A DNA stretch of 64,000 nt, from the NCBI GenBank assembly GCA_000146045.2, contig BK006947.3, positions 288,001-352,000 of the forward strand, read 5' to 3'. Of this stretch, positions 22,636 through 34,016 are shown piece by piece. A model generated the notes under the pieces. That model ran no database searches. It worked only from the letters and a program-made list of their open reading frames with translations, and had not been told where the DNA came from. The position numbers were made by a program, and so were the translations under genes. The DNA comes from TPA_inf: Saccharomyces. Lineage: Eukaryota. Position 1 is the stretch's first letter; each line of letters starts with the position of its first letter.

Positions 22636-25600
22636 ATGACTTCTAAGCCGTCTACTAGAAATGATTATTTACCAAGGGAAACTCACAATGGCGAATATAC
22701 TGGTGATTCTCCCGAATGGCAGTTGCAGATTAATATCACAAACAAAATAGGTGGTATAAATGGAGATATTTGGTTGTCAAGGGACGGAAGGAGTGTTAAA
22801 TGGTGTATTGAAGACCAGTGCTTACGTCAGTTTACTTATAATCAAAAGATCATCAAAGCTGGGTACATTGATTTTGAAAAGACACCAGATTGTTTTGTGG
22901 TAGTTCTCTCTGATATTGCGCATGTATATATGTTGAAAAATGGGGGTTCTACGACTGTATGTTTCCCATTCCAGATAGGTAATGCATTCTGGTATGCAAA
23001 TGGAGTAATTTTAGAGAGAGAGACTTCAGCGTCCTTCATGGATGGTGGCTACGATTTAAAACCCATTGAGTTCGATTTAAAACATAAATACATCACTTTG
23101 ACGGATCCGATGGCGCCTTTCGGCTTGATTTCGATCACAAATACCTTTAAAGGCGGTATAAATAGCGCTTCAGGTAACAAAACGGATATCCTGCAAGACT
23201 TTCAGCTCGTGCTCTTCCCGAGTGACAAGGACAAGTGTATAGCTGTTTTTTTAGATCGAAATTCCAAAGTGTTGCGATTTTATTACAGTAGAATTCTATC
23301 ATCAGATCAGTCACGGAAGGGAGAGCTAACAATTTCCTCGACCAAAAAAACAGGTTTGGACGCAGCAGGCAATAGCCAAAAGAGTGGCGGGATTAGCAAA
23401 GATTTGCGTAAGTTTTCACATTTGACGCGCCGGTCGACGTCTATAAACTCTAACTCTCATGATTTCAATGCAGCCGAAAGAGTACTTAGTGGCAATGTTG
23501 GCAACGCTTCAGGCAGAACAGATATTTTCGCTTTACCTTCTTCTTGTTCAAGAAGGAGCTTATCTGCGACCCTAGATAGAATGGGGAACAATATTGCCCC
23601 GACCAATAGAGCTGCACCTTCTGGATTTTTTGACTCGTCATCAGCAAATACTGCTACTCACTCTAATATAACGCCTGTATCACAACCAATGCAACAGCAA
23701 CAGCAAGAATATTTGAACCAAACAGCGACCTCTTCTAAGGATATTGTTTTGACGGAAATATCGTCTTTGAAATTACCGGATGATATCATTTTTACTTCAC
23801 GACGCTTGAGCTCTATTTTAAGTAAATTAAAGTTCCTATCGTTGAGATTTGAACGTCGAGAAGGACTTTTAATATTTCATGAGCCCACACATTTCTGCAA
23901 AATCTGGTTGATTGATCTTTTACCCGATGTTCTGGATTCTATTCCATTCAAAATATACGGGAACTCTCCGCAAAACATGATCAGACTAGAGAACTTAAAG
24001 CTTAAGGAACCCTCAAGAATACAAGCTATGTATATTCATGAACTCCTTGAAAGTTGCCTGATTTTGGTGTCGGAGGGACAGAATAAGGAAGAATACAAAG
24101 CATGTCTATATGACCCCTTCGTTAAAATTACATCCCCTTCCAAAAATATCTCCGAAGAGCTCACTAAACAAAATTCTCTTCCTTCCTTACAGAAACTATT
24201 CCCTTATCCCGAGACTAGTTTCACCAAACTGTGCTTCGAAGCCGTCAAGTATATTACTTCTCCTGCATTCAATATTTCATTTATATTTCTATGGCAATCT
24301 GCATATTCGATACTTCTTTCAAGGGCTAACGACGACGTAGTTGGGGGTTTGAAAATGGAGCACGATGCTTTTTCACTGGTTCTTTCATTGCTGATTTTAC
24401 CGATACCTAGCTCCTCTGCTCAAGAATACCAGGAGTACAAAGAAATATATGAACGCGACCTGTTTCAGCATTTAAAGCAGGACTCAGAAATAACAAGCTC
24501 TGTGCTACCAAGAATTGTTATTGGATTGCATTTAATAAGGGAGGAATATTCCCTGAATGTATTGTGTCGAAATGAGCATGCGTTGTTAGGACAGTTTCTA
24601 AGATTCGCTACTGCCGCGATGGGCTGGCCTGATCTGTGGCAATCTTACTATGTACCGAAAATGGATTCAGAATCGAAAACTTTCCTACATCCAAGGGAAC
24701 AAAATTCCACTTTTTTTCATCCCTTAGATGAACCGCCATCGATTACCAAGTCGTTATACAGCATAACTGAAAACAGTTCAATACCATTATGTCCGTTCAT
24801 TAGTTTCTCGAGACTTGTTGCAACCGATACACAGGTCGAATTACGCATTACTCCAAGAAGTTTCAAAATCTTGGGCTTGTATGAACTCGTACACTCTCCA
24901 AATTTTTTACCGGATTATGTTTTAGGCATCCTTTCCAGCTTTAAAGTGGATAAAGACGAGTTACAAACATATCCCTTAGGCATTTTGGTGCCTTTACAAA
25001 ACATTTTAAAAATTCTGGAAGATAAGCTATCTGAAGTAAGAGACAACTTGGAGTTATTAGATAGGGCCGATTTACAAAGGTGTAGTGCCATTATCAATAG
25101 TATAAGAAGTGATTCTAAAGAAGTTCTCAAAAGAGGCCAAAGAGATAGTTATATGTTATGCAAAGTGCCACTCGCCAAGAACAGAAGCTCTTTGTCTAAG
25201 AAGCCCAGTGACATATATTCAATATTATCCGAGATTGTGAAAAGTGCAAGTCAAGTTCCACTGGATGGATCAGCTATGAGGATGTCGAATATTCAGGATG
25301 ATGAAGATATTGATGAAGGTCGATCTCTCAAATTAAATGCAGGACTGATTTTTTCAGAAGATAAAAGATTTACTCATGTTGTATCACTATTAGCTTATTA
25401 CAGGCCCACAAAAACTCAATTTTTTACCACCAAGACAGAATATGCCCAGATACTAGCTCAAAAGAAATATTTCGCTAAAATCATGGCTTTGAGGACATGT
25501 ACAAATGGTGTTGGCTGGGGTGCAGTGGCATATGCAACAGAAAAACCAATATCTACCCAAAAATGGGTCATTCAACCCCTCAACTTAATTTCCGTGTTTC

Positions 25601-27882
25601 CTGATGACACAAAGATAACTGTGAAAGCTCCAGAAGATATAGCACACGATATTGTGGAGTGGGGGCAATTTCATGCCGGTGTTAGCTCCGGCCTCCGTAT
25701 CTCAAAGAAGGCAACTGGAATTACAGGTAGTTGGATTGCATTTAATAAGCCAAAAGAACTAGATGCTTATCACGGTGGTTTCCTTCTCGGACTGGGACTT
25801 AATGGGCATTTGAAGAATTTAGAGGAATGGCATATATACAATTATCTAAGCCCCAGAAATACTCACATAAGTATTGGGTTACTTTTGGGAATGAGTTCAA
25901 GTATGAAAGGTAGTATGGACTCTAAACTAATCAAAGTTATTAGTGTACACCTAGTGGCCTTTCTTCCAAGCGGATCTAGCGATTTGAATATAGATCTAAA
26001 ACTACAAACTGCTGGTATTATAGGGATGGGTATGTTATATTTAAACTCAAGGCATAAACGAATGAGCGATTCAATTTTTGCCCAGCTGGTGTCACTGCTC
26101 AATGTAAATGATGAAATGGTTGCTGACGAAGAATATCGATTAGCAGCGGGTATATCGCTGGGCCTCATAAACCTAGGGGCTGGTCAGACGAAACTGAGAA
26201 AGTGGGATTCATCATTGTTGGGCTTGGGGGACGATCTTCCGGAAGATGTTTATGACTCTAGTGATGTTGAACAAAATGTAATGTATGAAGACCTGACTAC
26301 GAAGTTATTAGAGATCGTCACAAGCACATATGATGTAGAAAACGATTGGATACCAGAGAATTCGCAAATTGGCGCAGTAATTGCAATCATGTTTTTATTT
26401 TTGAAGTCAAACAATTTTGGAATTTCCAACATGCTTAAAGTTGACTTAAAGGAAATATTAAAAGCAAATATTAACACCCGCCCTGAATTATTAATGTACC
26501 GAGAATGGGCATCCAATATGATTTTATGGGAATTTATAGGCGACGACCTATCGTTCATCATGAAAGATGTTGATATTGGAGTAAAATTTAGTGAACTTAA
26601 TACCGATTTGCTTCCTATATATTACACTATGGCGGGTAGGATCTTAGCCATGGGTATTAGATTTGCCTCTACTGGAAATTTGAAAATTCGGAATATACTG
26701 CTTTCTCTCGTTGATAAGTTTCTGCCTCTTTATCAGTACCCAGGAAAGCAGAATCTAGACTTTAGGTTGACAATTTCTGTTATTAACGTTTTAACTAATG
26801 TCATCGTTGTTTCTTTGAGCATGGTTATGTGTGCCAGTGGCGATTTAGAAGTTTTGAGGAGGGTCAAATATCTTCATGAAGTTGCATCTGGTCCATATTC
26901 AGACTTATTTCAAGAAATTCCTAGTTCTAAAAGTGATGTTTCAGGTGTAACACAGGTGACTTCAAACACTAACACGCCTGGAAATAGTGATCGTGAAAGG
27001 GTTGATGAGACCGCTGCTTCTCTCGATGACGAAAGGTCCTCAAATGGCAGTGATATTAGTGATCCAACAGCATATCTAGAAGACAAAAAGGATATAGATG
27101 ACCATTACGGTAAGTTTATTTCGACAAATCTTGCACTGGGTTTTCTTTTCCTTGGGTCTGGACAATACGCTCTCAATACTTCTACTTTAGAATCTATCGC
27201 TTTCTTAAGCATGTCCGTTTTACCCACATATACAACTCCACATCCCTTACAAGAATTGAAGCATTTCTGGAGCATGGCTGTAGAGCCTCGTTGCCTTGTT
27301 ATAAAGGACATTTCCACTGGTGACGCAGTAAACAACGTTCCTATTGAATTGGTGGTCGAGGAAGACGTCGAAAAAGAAGAAGTAATAAGAGAGATATCAA
27401 CACCTTGCCTGCTTCCTGATTTCTCCAAAATTAAATCTATTAGGGTAAAAATGCATGGTTACTTTCCACTGGAAGTAAATTTCACTAAGGACTACTCAGC
27501 TTCTGATTTTTTTAGTGGCGGTACAATTATTTATATACAAAGAAAATCCGAAAGTGTTTTCGAGAACAAAGCCTCTTTTAGGAACGTAGAAGATATTCAT
27601 GTGGCACTCAAAAGAAAGGCAGCAGAATCTAAAAATTATTCAAGATTAAACCTAAAAAATGAACAAGGAAATACCACCTCTTCGCAACTGGTTGAAAGTT
27701 TGGGTATTCAAGATTTGACAATGGTGGAACTCGATACTCTTTTGAGTGCAGGAAATAATACAGCATTAACGGATTCAGAATCTTATAATTTAGGTTTGCT
27801 GTGTTCAGATAAAAACAGTGGAGATATTTTGGATTGCCAACTCGAATTGTGGTACAAAAGCTTTGGACCACATGATGAATAA
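22636..27882 (+). CDS. APC1: Largest subunit of the anaphase-promoting complex/cyclosome, 1748 aa
   Basis: A single 1748-aa ORF with a PC-repeat region (GLLLG..GLxNLG type). The length matches APC1 exactly. Confidence 0.85.
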   Translation: MTSKPSTRNDYLPRETHNGEYTGDSPEWQLQINITNKIGGINGDIWLSRDGRSVKWCIEDQCLRQFTYNQKIIKAGYIDFEKTPDCFVVVLSDIAHVYMLKNGGSTTVCFPFQIGNAFWYANGVILERETSASFMDGGYDLKPIEFDLKHKYITLTDPMAPFGLISITNTFKGGINSASGNKTDILQDFQLVLFPSDKDKCIAVFLDRNSKVLRFYYSRILSSDQSRKGELTISSTKKTGLDAAGNSQKSGGISKDLRKFSHLTRRSTSINSNSHDFNAAERVLSGNVGNASGRTDIFALPSSCSRRSLSATLDRMGNNIAPTNRAAPSGFFDSSSANTATHSNITPVSQPMQQQQQEYLNQTATSSKDIVLTEISSLKLPDDIIFTSRRLSSILSKLKFLSLRFERREGLLIFHEPTHFCKIWLIDLLPDVLDSIPFKIYGNSPQNMIRLENLKLKEPSRIQAMYIHELLESCLILVSEGQNKEEYKACLYDPFVKITSPSKNISEELTKQNSLPSLQKLFPYPETSFTKLCFEAVKYITSPAFNISFIFLWQSAYSILLSRANDDVVGGLKMEHDAFSLVLSLLILPIPSSSAQEYQEYKEIYERDLFQHLKQDSEITSSVLPRIVIGLHLIREEYSLNVLCRNEHALLGQFLRFATAAMGWPDLWQSYYVPKMDSESKTFLHPREQNSTFFHPLDEPPSITKSLYSITENSSIPLCPFISFSRLVATDTQVELRITPRSFKILGLYELVHSPNFLPDYVLGILSSFKVDKDELQTYPLGILVPLQNILKILEDKLSEVRDNLELLDRADLQRCSAIINSIRSDSKEVLKRGQRDSYMLCKVPLAKNRSSLSKKPSDIYSILSEIVKSASQVPLDGSAMRMSNIQDDEDIDEGRSLKLNAGLIFSEDKRFTHVVSLLAYYRPTKTQFFTTKTEYAQILAQKKYFAKIMALRTCTNGVGWGAVAYATEKPISTQKWVIQPLNLISVFPDDTKITVKAPEDIAHDIVEWGQFHAGVSSGLRISKKATGITGSWIAFNKPKELDAYHGGFLLGLGLNGHLKNLEEWHIYNYLSPRNTHISIGLLLGMSSSMKGSMDSKLIKVISVHLVAFLPSGSSDLNIDLKLQTAGIIGMGMLYLNSRHKRMSDSIFAQLVSLLNVNDEMVADEEYRLAAGISLGLINLGAGQTKLRKWDSSLLGLGDDLPEDVYDSSDVEQNVMYEDLTTKLLEIVTSTYDVENDWIPENSQIGAVIAIMFLFLKSNNFGISNMLKVDLKEILKANINTRPELLMYREWASNMILWEFIGDDLSFIMKDVDIGVKFSELNTDLLPIYYTMAGRILAMGIRFASTGNLKIRNILLSLVDKFLPLYQYPGKQNLDFRLTISVINVLTNVIVVSLSMVMCASGDLEVLRRVKYLHEVASGPYSDLFQEIPSSKSDVSGVTQVTSNTNTPGNSDRERVDETAASLDDERSSNGSDISDPTAYLEDKKDIDDHYGKFISTNLALGFLFLGSGQYALNTSTLESIAFLSMSVLPTYTTPHPLQELKHFWSMAVEPRCLVIKDISTGDAVNNVPIELVVEEDVEKEEVIREISTPCLLPDFSKIKSIRVKMHGYFPLEVNFTKDYSASDFFSGGTIIYIQRKSESVFENKASFRNVEDIHVALKRKAAESKNYSRLNLKNEQGNTTSSQLVESLGIQDLTMVELDTLLSAGNNTALTDSESYNLGLLCSDKNSGDILDCQLELWYKSFGPHDE

Positions 27883-28168
27883 TGCAAAACTCAAGAATAT
27901 TTATTTGGGTATCTAAGACTAGCTTTAAAAGGTTCCAAAACTGGGGTAAGGTGTAATCTTTGTGTATAACTTGGTTTATGAAAGGGGTACATGACATGGC
28001 TAAAATTCTTCAGACGAACATCTTTAATCTAAAGTTTACATCTAACAAGTCCAATCTGAAAAATGTACAGCGTATAATTTTACATACCTCCAAAAGAAGA
28101 ATTAAATCAAAGTGTGCAGATAATACTATATACAGCAAAATAAATGCTAACTTTACATATGATTGCTT

Positions 28169-29671
28169 TCATTTTAAATCATTCTTTCCAATTATGCCTA
28201 ATTTCTGTCCCATCTTAACCTTATCACCAACCCTAACATCGAACTTAAATTCAGTGGGAGCTTCAAAACAAAGTACAACAGTGCTACCCAATTCAAAGCC
28301 ACCCATTTCTTCACCCTTAACCAAAGGCATCCCTCCCAATATTTTACTTGCATTCTCATATACTGCCTGGTAGCAGGTATGTGGTTCCAAGTGTTTGTCG
28401 CTCTTTGAATTTGTCACAAATTCTTGATCAAAATTCAACTTGATTGAACCAACATTTGTTGCACCAACAGGAGTCATGCTAAAAAATCCGTACTTCCAAC
28501 TACCCAACAAAGCAACTCTTTCATTTAGAACGAAAAGATTAGGGAAGTTACGCTGGAAATAAGGTGCCACGGAGAATAAATCACCTGGGAAATGGCGGCG
28601 AACCTTACAAACCCAGTCAACTGGAGAGTGGAAATGATGGTAATCACCGGGAGCCAAATAAATGACGGCAAAGAAAAGTTCCGTATCATGAGGCTCAGAG
28701 CACGAAAACCCATTAGAGAAGTAGTTTAAAGAAAGTTGACTTAAAAGATGTATATTTTTGGACACACTTGGTTTGAACTCTCGAACAGATTGATCGCCCT
28801 CGTTTTTAAAGTTAAGAAGAGGCTGTTCAGTGTCTTCGGAACCCGCTAATTGTATTCTATTTACCCTGGCGAATTCTCTATGCTTTTCCTCATCAGAAGT
28901 CAAATCTAGACTAGATGCACTCTTAGACATCAAGGGGTGGGAGTGAGTGCCAAGGAATTCTTTGATGGAATATGTCATTCCCTTGACTTGTTCGATTTCG
29001 CCAGTTTCAGAGTTGATTATACCAACTTGTAAAATCTTTCCATCACTTGGAGAAGCTATAACGTCTTCGCCTTGTGCTACTGGACGTGTGCCTGGTTTTA
29101 TGTTACGATAGAAAAATTCGGATAAATTTGCATAATGTGTCAAATCAGGATCTTCCATCTCGTCCAAGTTAACTCCAAAAAGGAAAGAATATAACCTGTA
29201 ACCCCATGGTCTAACCCAAATGGGTAACGTAAGAGAATTTACTTGGCCCCATAATCGAGACATCGCATTCAGCGGTAAAGTAGAATAGCAGAAAAAGAGC
29301 CAATTATTGTTAAATATTTTGATTTTTCTTGTCCTTCTCCCTTTTTTGCCCTCTGTAGCATCCTCCTCTGTACTATCATTCCTTGACACTAGTAAAATGG
29401 TTCCTAGAACAATGGTGAAACTAGTTAAAACAACCCATTTCATGGAGACCTGTTTTCTTCCGCTATTTGCGGCAGCAGCTTTGGCACGATCCACAATCTC
29501 TCCAGAACTGCGTCGTTGCTGAACGAAAAGACGCGTGGAAAACTTTCTATTCCATAGCACCGCAGTTCTATTTCTTAATTGCATTCTTGTAGAAAACTTT
29601 ACAGCAGGCATCCTCCCCATGAGGAGCGTCCTCCCTTGCGCCAAGGCGTTCTTAACTGGCATAATTGACAT
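28169..29671 (-). CDS. PSD1: Mitochondrial phosphatidylserine decarboxylase proenzyme, 500 aa
   Basis: The autocatalytic LGST cleavage motif (FELGSTVV), an N-terminal presequence and a transmembrane segment are present. Length is 500 aa. Confidence 0.9.
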   Translation of the reverse strand: MSIMPVKNALAQGRTLLMGRMPAVKFSTRMQLRNRTAVLWNRKFSTRLFVQQRRSSGEIVDRAKAAAANSGRKQVSMKWVVLTSFTIVLGTILLVSRNDSTEEDATEGKKGRRTRKIKIFNNNWLFFCYSTLPLNAMSRLWGQVNSLTLPIWVRPWGYRLYSFLFGVNLDEMEDPDLTHYANLSEFFYRNIKPGTRPVAQGEDVIASPSDGKILQVGIINSETGEIEQVKGMTYSIKEFLGTHSHPLMSKSASSLDLTSDEEKHREFARVNRIQLAGSEDTEQPLLNFKNEGDQSVREFKPSVSKNIHLLSQLSLNYFSNGFSCSEPHDTELFFAVIYLAPGDYHHFHSPVDWVCKVRRHFPGDLFSVAPYFQRNFPNLFVLNERVALLGSWKYGFFSMTPVGATNVGSIKLNFDQEFVTNSKSDKHLEPHTCYQAVYENASKILGGMPLVKGEEMGGFELGSTVVLCFEAPTEFKFDVRVGDKVKMGQKLGIIGKNDLK

Positions 29672-29905
29672 GCTGGCTTTGCTTTTCCTTCTTCTTCAAA
29701 AAATAACGACCAAGAAGGATTTGAGCGATCTGCTAACAACTGGCTGAAGAGTCCTTAAAGCGCTACGTACCTCTAGGCGTCTCTTTTGTGAGTAAGCTGT
29801 TTTATATTATAGGTGAAGAACAAATTTTCCACATGCTTGTGCCTGCTTTAGATGTCCCTTGACCTCGAGATTTGAAAAAACACCAAAAAGGTGCTGGTTA
29901 CCCTG

Positions 29906-29915
29906 CATGTGATAT
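29906..29915. promoter_or_regulatory. PSD1: UASINO/ICRE-like element (CATGTGATAT, 9/10 to CATGTGAAAT) about 235 bp upstream of PSD1
   Basis: Contains the CATGTG E-box core that Ino2/Ino4 bind. PSD1 is a phospholipid-biosynthesis gene. Confidence 0.5.
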
Positions 29916-30029
29916 GTGATTACATAGCGTAGCGTATACAGAAGCACAATTGGTCGTATATGTGCCAAGCTTGTAGGAAATTAGTAACGCATAACGTGTT
30001 ATCTGCGACAAGCGTGAATGCGACAGACA

Positions 30030-30809
30030 TTATGTTTCTCTAAATTCATATGGTCCCGGCCGATTTTCACATTCGAAGTTCATGTCGACAATATTGTCAT
30101 TATTCTGCAATAGCTCACAGTGAACACGGTCACCAGGCTTTAACTCGCCTACACCTGCAGGTGTACCAGTCAAAATGATATCACCCGGTTCCAGAGATAT
30201 CATGGTAGATATGTGTTGCAGTATTTTATGGAGTGGGTGCAACATGAGGTTAGTACCACCATCTTGTCTCAACTGTCCGTTAACAGAGCACTTGACTCTG
30301 AAAATATCCTGTAAGTTTGATTTGTAGGATGAGAACTTCTCGCGGGAGACTATAGCAGAGATTGGCATGAAGGTGTCAAAACCCTTGCTTATAGTCCAAG
30401 GTAGCCCCTTCTTTTTGGCTTCATCTTGGACATTTCTTGCTGTAAGATCCAATGCTAGAGCTACACCACTAATAGAGTCATAGACTTCTTCGGGTTTCAT
30501 CTTAGTGACATTGGACAAATGTTTGCTCACAATCAATGCCAACTCAATTTCGTGATGAACCTTCACACCGCGTGGGATAAAAATGGGCCCGGGGTTAGTT
30601 CCGTCTTCATTTAAACCATTGAAAGTCGAGTTTGCAGGTCTAGTGGTCTTGACCAATGATGAAGACAATGGTGTCACAATACTCGAGGTTGGTTTTAGGA
30701 AAAAAAACGGTTGTTTTGGAGTTGAATTGTTCAGCTCTTTGATATGCGCTGCGTAATTACGCCCAATGCATATAATTTTTCTAGCTGCCTTCAAATAATT
30801 GTAGCTCAT
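30030..30809 (-). CDS. FMP41: Fumarylacetoacetate hydrolase (FAH) family mitochondrial protein, 259 aa
   Basis: A FAH-fold C-terminal domain is present (IILTGTPAGVGELKPGD). Length is 259 aa. Confidence 0.8.
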   Translation of the reverse strand: MSYNYLKAARKIICIGRNYAAHIKELNNSTPKQPFFFLKPTSSIVTPLSSSLVKTTRPANSTFNGLNEDGTNPGPIFIPRGVKVHHEIELALIVSKHLSNVTKMKPEEVYDSISGVALALDLTARNVQDEAKKKGLPWTISKGFDTFMPISAIVSREKFSSYKSNLQDIFRVKCSVNGQLRQDGGTNLMLHPLHKILQHISTMISLEPGDIILTGTPAGVGELKPGDRVHCELLQNNDNIVDMNFECENRPGPYEFRET

Positions 30810-31415
30810 AACGTTTTGGCAATTTCCTGAGTCTTTACTCGATAGCTTTCAGAATATTTCTATATAGGAAGTTCTGGCTGAAACGTTTTTCCTTATCAGT
30901 TAGAGAACGGTGACCATCTCTTGAAAGCGAACAAAAAAACGTGAGGCTAAGGAAGCTATTTAGGAAAATAGACGAAAAAGGAATGGCAAAAGAAGGAATG
31001 GCCCTTTCAAAATAGGTATAAGCAGCACAGCTTGATACATGCTAGGGTTGCAGCAGTATAACTGTACTCTCTTTATGAGCGTAGTGAAAAGACGGTGAAA
31101 TTATAACGGTATGCTCTATGAAGAATAAATGCTGTAGGAAAATTTACGATAATAAAGCCTTTATTGTTGTTGATCAACAAAAGGAGGCTTAAGCAATTGA
31201 TAAACTTCTGAAAAGAAGAACCCTATTAAAGTTTATATCAAATATAGAAAAAAAAATCTTGAAGTTACATAAATACAGAAAAAAGCGGGAGAATAAAAGG
31301 GATTTCCTCTTAAAAGGAACTTTATAGTGGAATATTTGCAATGAGAAAAGCGGACAGGTTGAAGAGTACGAAAGCATCAGATAGAAGACTATTTAAGAAC
31401 CCCGTCGCTATCTCG

Positions 31416-33359
31416 TCAATTATTGTGAGGTAGAGTGGATAGTACATCATGCTTATTAGTATCATGGGTATCGGAATTTGCATTTATTACCAATGGATTA
31501 GTAACAGAGTAGCATGAATTGATTATATTCTGTGCACTATTTCCCACATTATTAGTAGTTGTGTTACTTTTGCTGATATTTGCTCCAGAGTTCAGTGAGT
31601 ATTTTTTATCTAGAATTATTGGTCTTGAATTAACGGAAGGATAGCCCGCATTTTCGCTTTTGACAACGTTAGTGTCCTTATTGAAGCTGTCTTCTTGGCC
31701 ATCCATGTCGTCCCTTGGGTTTTTGCCTCCCCTTCGGTAAAAATTCGTTTCACATATCAATTGCTTCATGTTTGATAATACTGACATTGCACTTGAATAA
31801 TCACTCCTTGAAATGCTACTCTCTAACAATGCTATTAAAGATGTAGATGGTGGTGATGATGATGACGGAGTTGAAACATTCACATTGAATTGGGAATTCG
31901 AGGAGCTTGAGGGTATTATGCCGCATAGCTTCCCAATGACCTGAGTTAGATCGTCATATTCAGATTCATAGAATTGTAGATCATTTTCAATTTTCTTGAT
32001 GTACTCTTTCTTTCTTTTTCTAAATTTAGATGCAGCTACTCTATTTCTTTCTAAAAACTCCTTTCTTTTTCTTTCTTGCTCTTCATTCTCATCAAGTGTT
32101 ACGTTGTTTGAAATTTTATTATTTTCAACATCATCTTTTTGTGCTGGTGCAGTCGTAACTGCTGAGTTTTTTCTTGATATGGAATTTTTTCTTGAAGCCT
32201 TAGAAGTAGAACTTGTGCTAGACATCCTTCTCTTTCTTTTTCGTGTTTTGTTATTGAACTGGTCATTGTTCTCAATTTGAGTCGTTAAATTTTCATTCTC
32301 CTTGTGATTATGAGCGGAGTGCTCGATGGCATTGAACTCTGCCGGATTATCCATTTTGACAGCCGCTTTCGTTGAAGTATTTGGGGAAAAATTGGAATTA
32401 CTGATGCTGTTGTTGACGGTACCATCTGTGGTATTTGTTGTAGGTGTTGATTTGAATACTGGATTAGCCAAAACTCCAGTAGATGGTAAGTTTAGCAGAG
32501 AACTCAATCCCGGCGTAAGTGGTGTACCATTTACAGTTGGGTGCATTATATTAACATGAGGGTGGTTTTCAATACTTCCATTCACTGTGACACTTTTGTT
32601 GACATTTTTGCTACCTGTTATAGTATTTTTATTAATTGACGGCAATACGGGATAATTGTAAGATTGCGTAAGAATACCGGGTGTCAACCCGGTCCTGATA
32701 TTGGACTCATTAGGTGTCAACCCAGATTTGGACAAGTTTAATAAAAAGCCAGGCATTTGTGAATCATTCGTGGGGAAGCCGTTACCAGAATTACTTGTGG
32801 TCACGTTCGAGTTTCGTGGCTGGCGTATAAGTGAAGTCCCTGAAGGAGAAGAGCTGTTTGGATACAGAGATCCGGAGGTAGAAGAAACGCCTATTGCACT
32901 AGGGTTTGAATTAGAGACTGAAACAGAATGTGAATTCTGACTGGGATTCGTAGTTGAATTTGCCTGATATAAAATAGAGGGAGAAAGGAGTAGAGGTGGT
33001 AATCTTTTCGACCCACCAGGTGTGAGAATAGGCGGAGATATTATAGTAGGTCTTTGTTGGCCTGGTAAAAAACTAGGTGAGTCTTTTTTTACGTCATTAT
33101 GATTACTATTATCTGTAACGGTTGAATTCCCATTTTCTTCTGGAATACTGTTCAAACTATGAGTGGAACGTTGGGAATGTTGTGTTATCGTTGAGGTAGA
33201 ATTGTTTCGTGAAAGCTCTTTTGGTAGAGACGGATGGGAGATCGTGCCTGGAAGTGACAAAGCCTTCTTGGAAGAGGCGAAGCTTTGTTCAAAAGGATTG
33301 GGTTCTAAATCGAAAGTTGAAACAGTACTTGGTTGTCTCGAGCGTTCCTCGCTTGACAT
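31416..33359 (-). CDS. SKO1: bZIP (ATF/CREB-type) transcriptional repressor/activator, 647 aa
   Basis: The basic region RNRVAASKFRKRKKEYI is followed by a leucine zipper. The 684-aa track ORF starts at an upstream hydrophobic Met, and the second Met (MSSEERS...) gives the annotated 647 aa. Confidence 0.8.
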   Translation of the reverse strand: MSSEERSRQPSTVSTFDLEPNPFEQSFASSKKALSLPGTISHPSLPKELSRNNSTSTITQHSQRSTHSLNSIPEENGNSTVTDNSNHNDVKKDSPSFLPGQQRPTIISPPILTPGGSKRLPPLLLSPSILYQANSTTNPSQNSHSVSVSNSNPSAIGVSSTSGSLYPNSSSPSGTSLIRQPRNSNVTTSNSGNGFPTNDSQMPGFLLNLSKSGLTPNESNIRTGLTPGILTQSYNYPVLPSINKNTITGSKNVNKSVTVNGSIENHPHVNIMHPTVNGTPLTPGLSSLLNLPSTGVLANPVFKSTPTTNTTDGTVNNSISNSNFSPNTSTKAAVKMDNPAEFNAIEHSAHNHKENENLTTQIENNDQFNNKTRKRKRRMSSTSSTSKASRKNSISRKNSAVTTAPAQKDDVENNKISNNVTLDENEEQERKRKEFLERNRVAASKFRKRKKEYIKKIENDLQFYESEYDDLTQVIGKLCGIIPSSSSNSQFNVNVSTPSSSSPPSTSLIALLESSISRSDYSSAMSVLSNMKQLICETNFYRRGGKNPRDDMDGQEDSFNKDTNVVKSENAGYPSVNSRPIILDKKYSLNSGANISKSNTTTNNVGNSAQNIINSCYSVTNPLVINANSDTHDTNKHDVLSTLPHNN

Positions 33360-33980
33360 AATGATTAAGCAGGGTCTAGAGACTGGGCAGGTGTATTTGG
33401 AATGCAGAAATTGAAATGAAAAGAATGAAATAAAAATAAAAATCCACGAATTGATTAAGGAACTTATCAAATAATAGAGATCGGTAAAAAGATAGGAATC
33501 TAATAAGTGGAAAACTCACTTGAATAATAAAAGAGTTTTTCTCGATAAGAAAACACAATTCACTTTTACGTTGAACCCCTTTGGTAGTAACTTTTCTGAG
33601 CTTAAAACCACTCCTGAGCGTTGGCAATGTAGCACCAAATTATTGTGTTTCTGGAGAACAAATTAGTCTCACGTATCAGTAACCAAACTTGGTCCTTTTA
33701 ACTGGAAAAATGTGCAGTTTGTTTCGAAAACCATCACCGTATGACTGAATTCATTCTATTCAGCCCAGTTAATTTTCGTGATTTTTCCCTTCGATTCTAC
33801 TTTTTTCCCTCTGCGACAAAGTTAGCAGGGTTATCGCTAGCGCGGTTAAGTACGACTTGGTTTATGAAAGTTCTTAGAGAAAAGAAGACACAACGCCATT
33901 GAAATTGAATTCTGGGTACTGTTATTGTTCCGTTTCATGTTATTACAATATAATTGACTATCTGAACATTTTGTCTTCAT

Positions 33981-33994
33981 TTTTTTTTTTTTTT
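33981..33994. repeat. 14-nt poly(dT) tract in the SKO1-BNI5 intergenic region, adjacent to an ACS-like element
   Basis: Read directly from the sequence. Confidence 0.9.
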
Positions 33995-34005
33995 ATTATC
34001 GTTTT

Positions 34006-34016
34006 GTTTACGTTTA
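34006..34016. other. ARS consensus-like element (GTTTACGTTTA, 10/11 to WTTTAYRTTTW), T-rich flank, in the SKO1-BNI5 intergenic region
   Basis: The motif sits next to a 14-nt T tract in an AT-rich spacer. It is only a candidate replication origin. Confidence 0.3.

Noticed and set aside
27629-28373. ORFs of 122 aa on the - strand and 137 aa on the + strand, overlapping the APC1 3' end and PSD1 3' end
   Set aside because: They are antisense overlaps of well-supported genes in a convergent terminator region, with no domain features.
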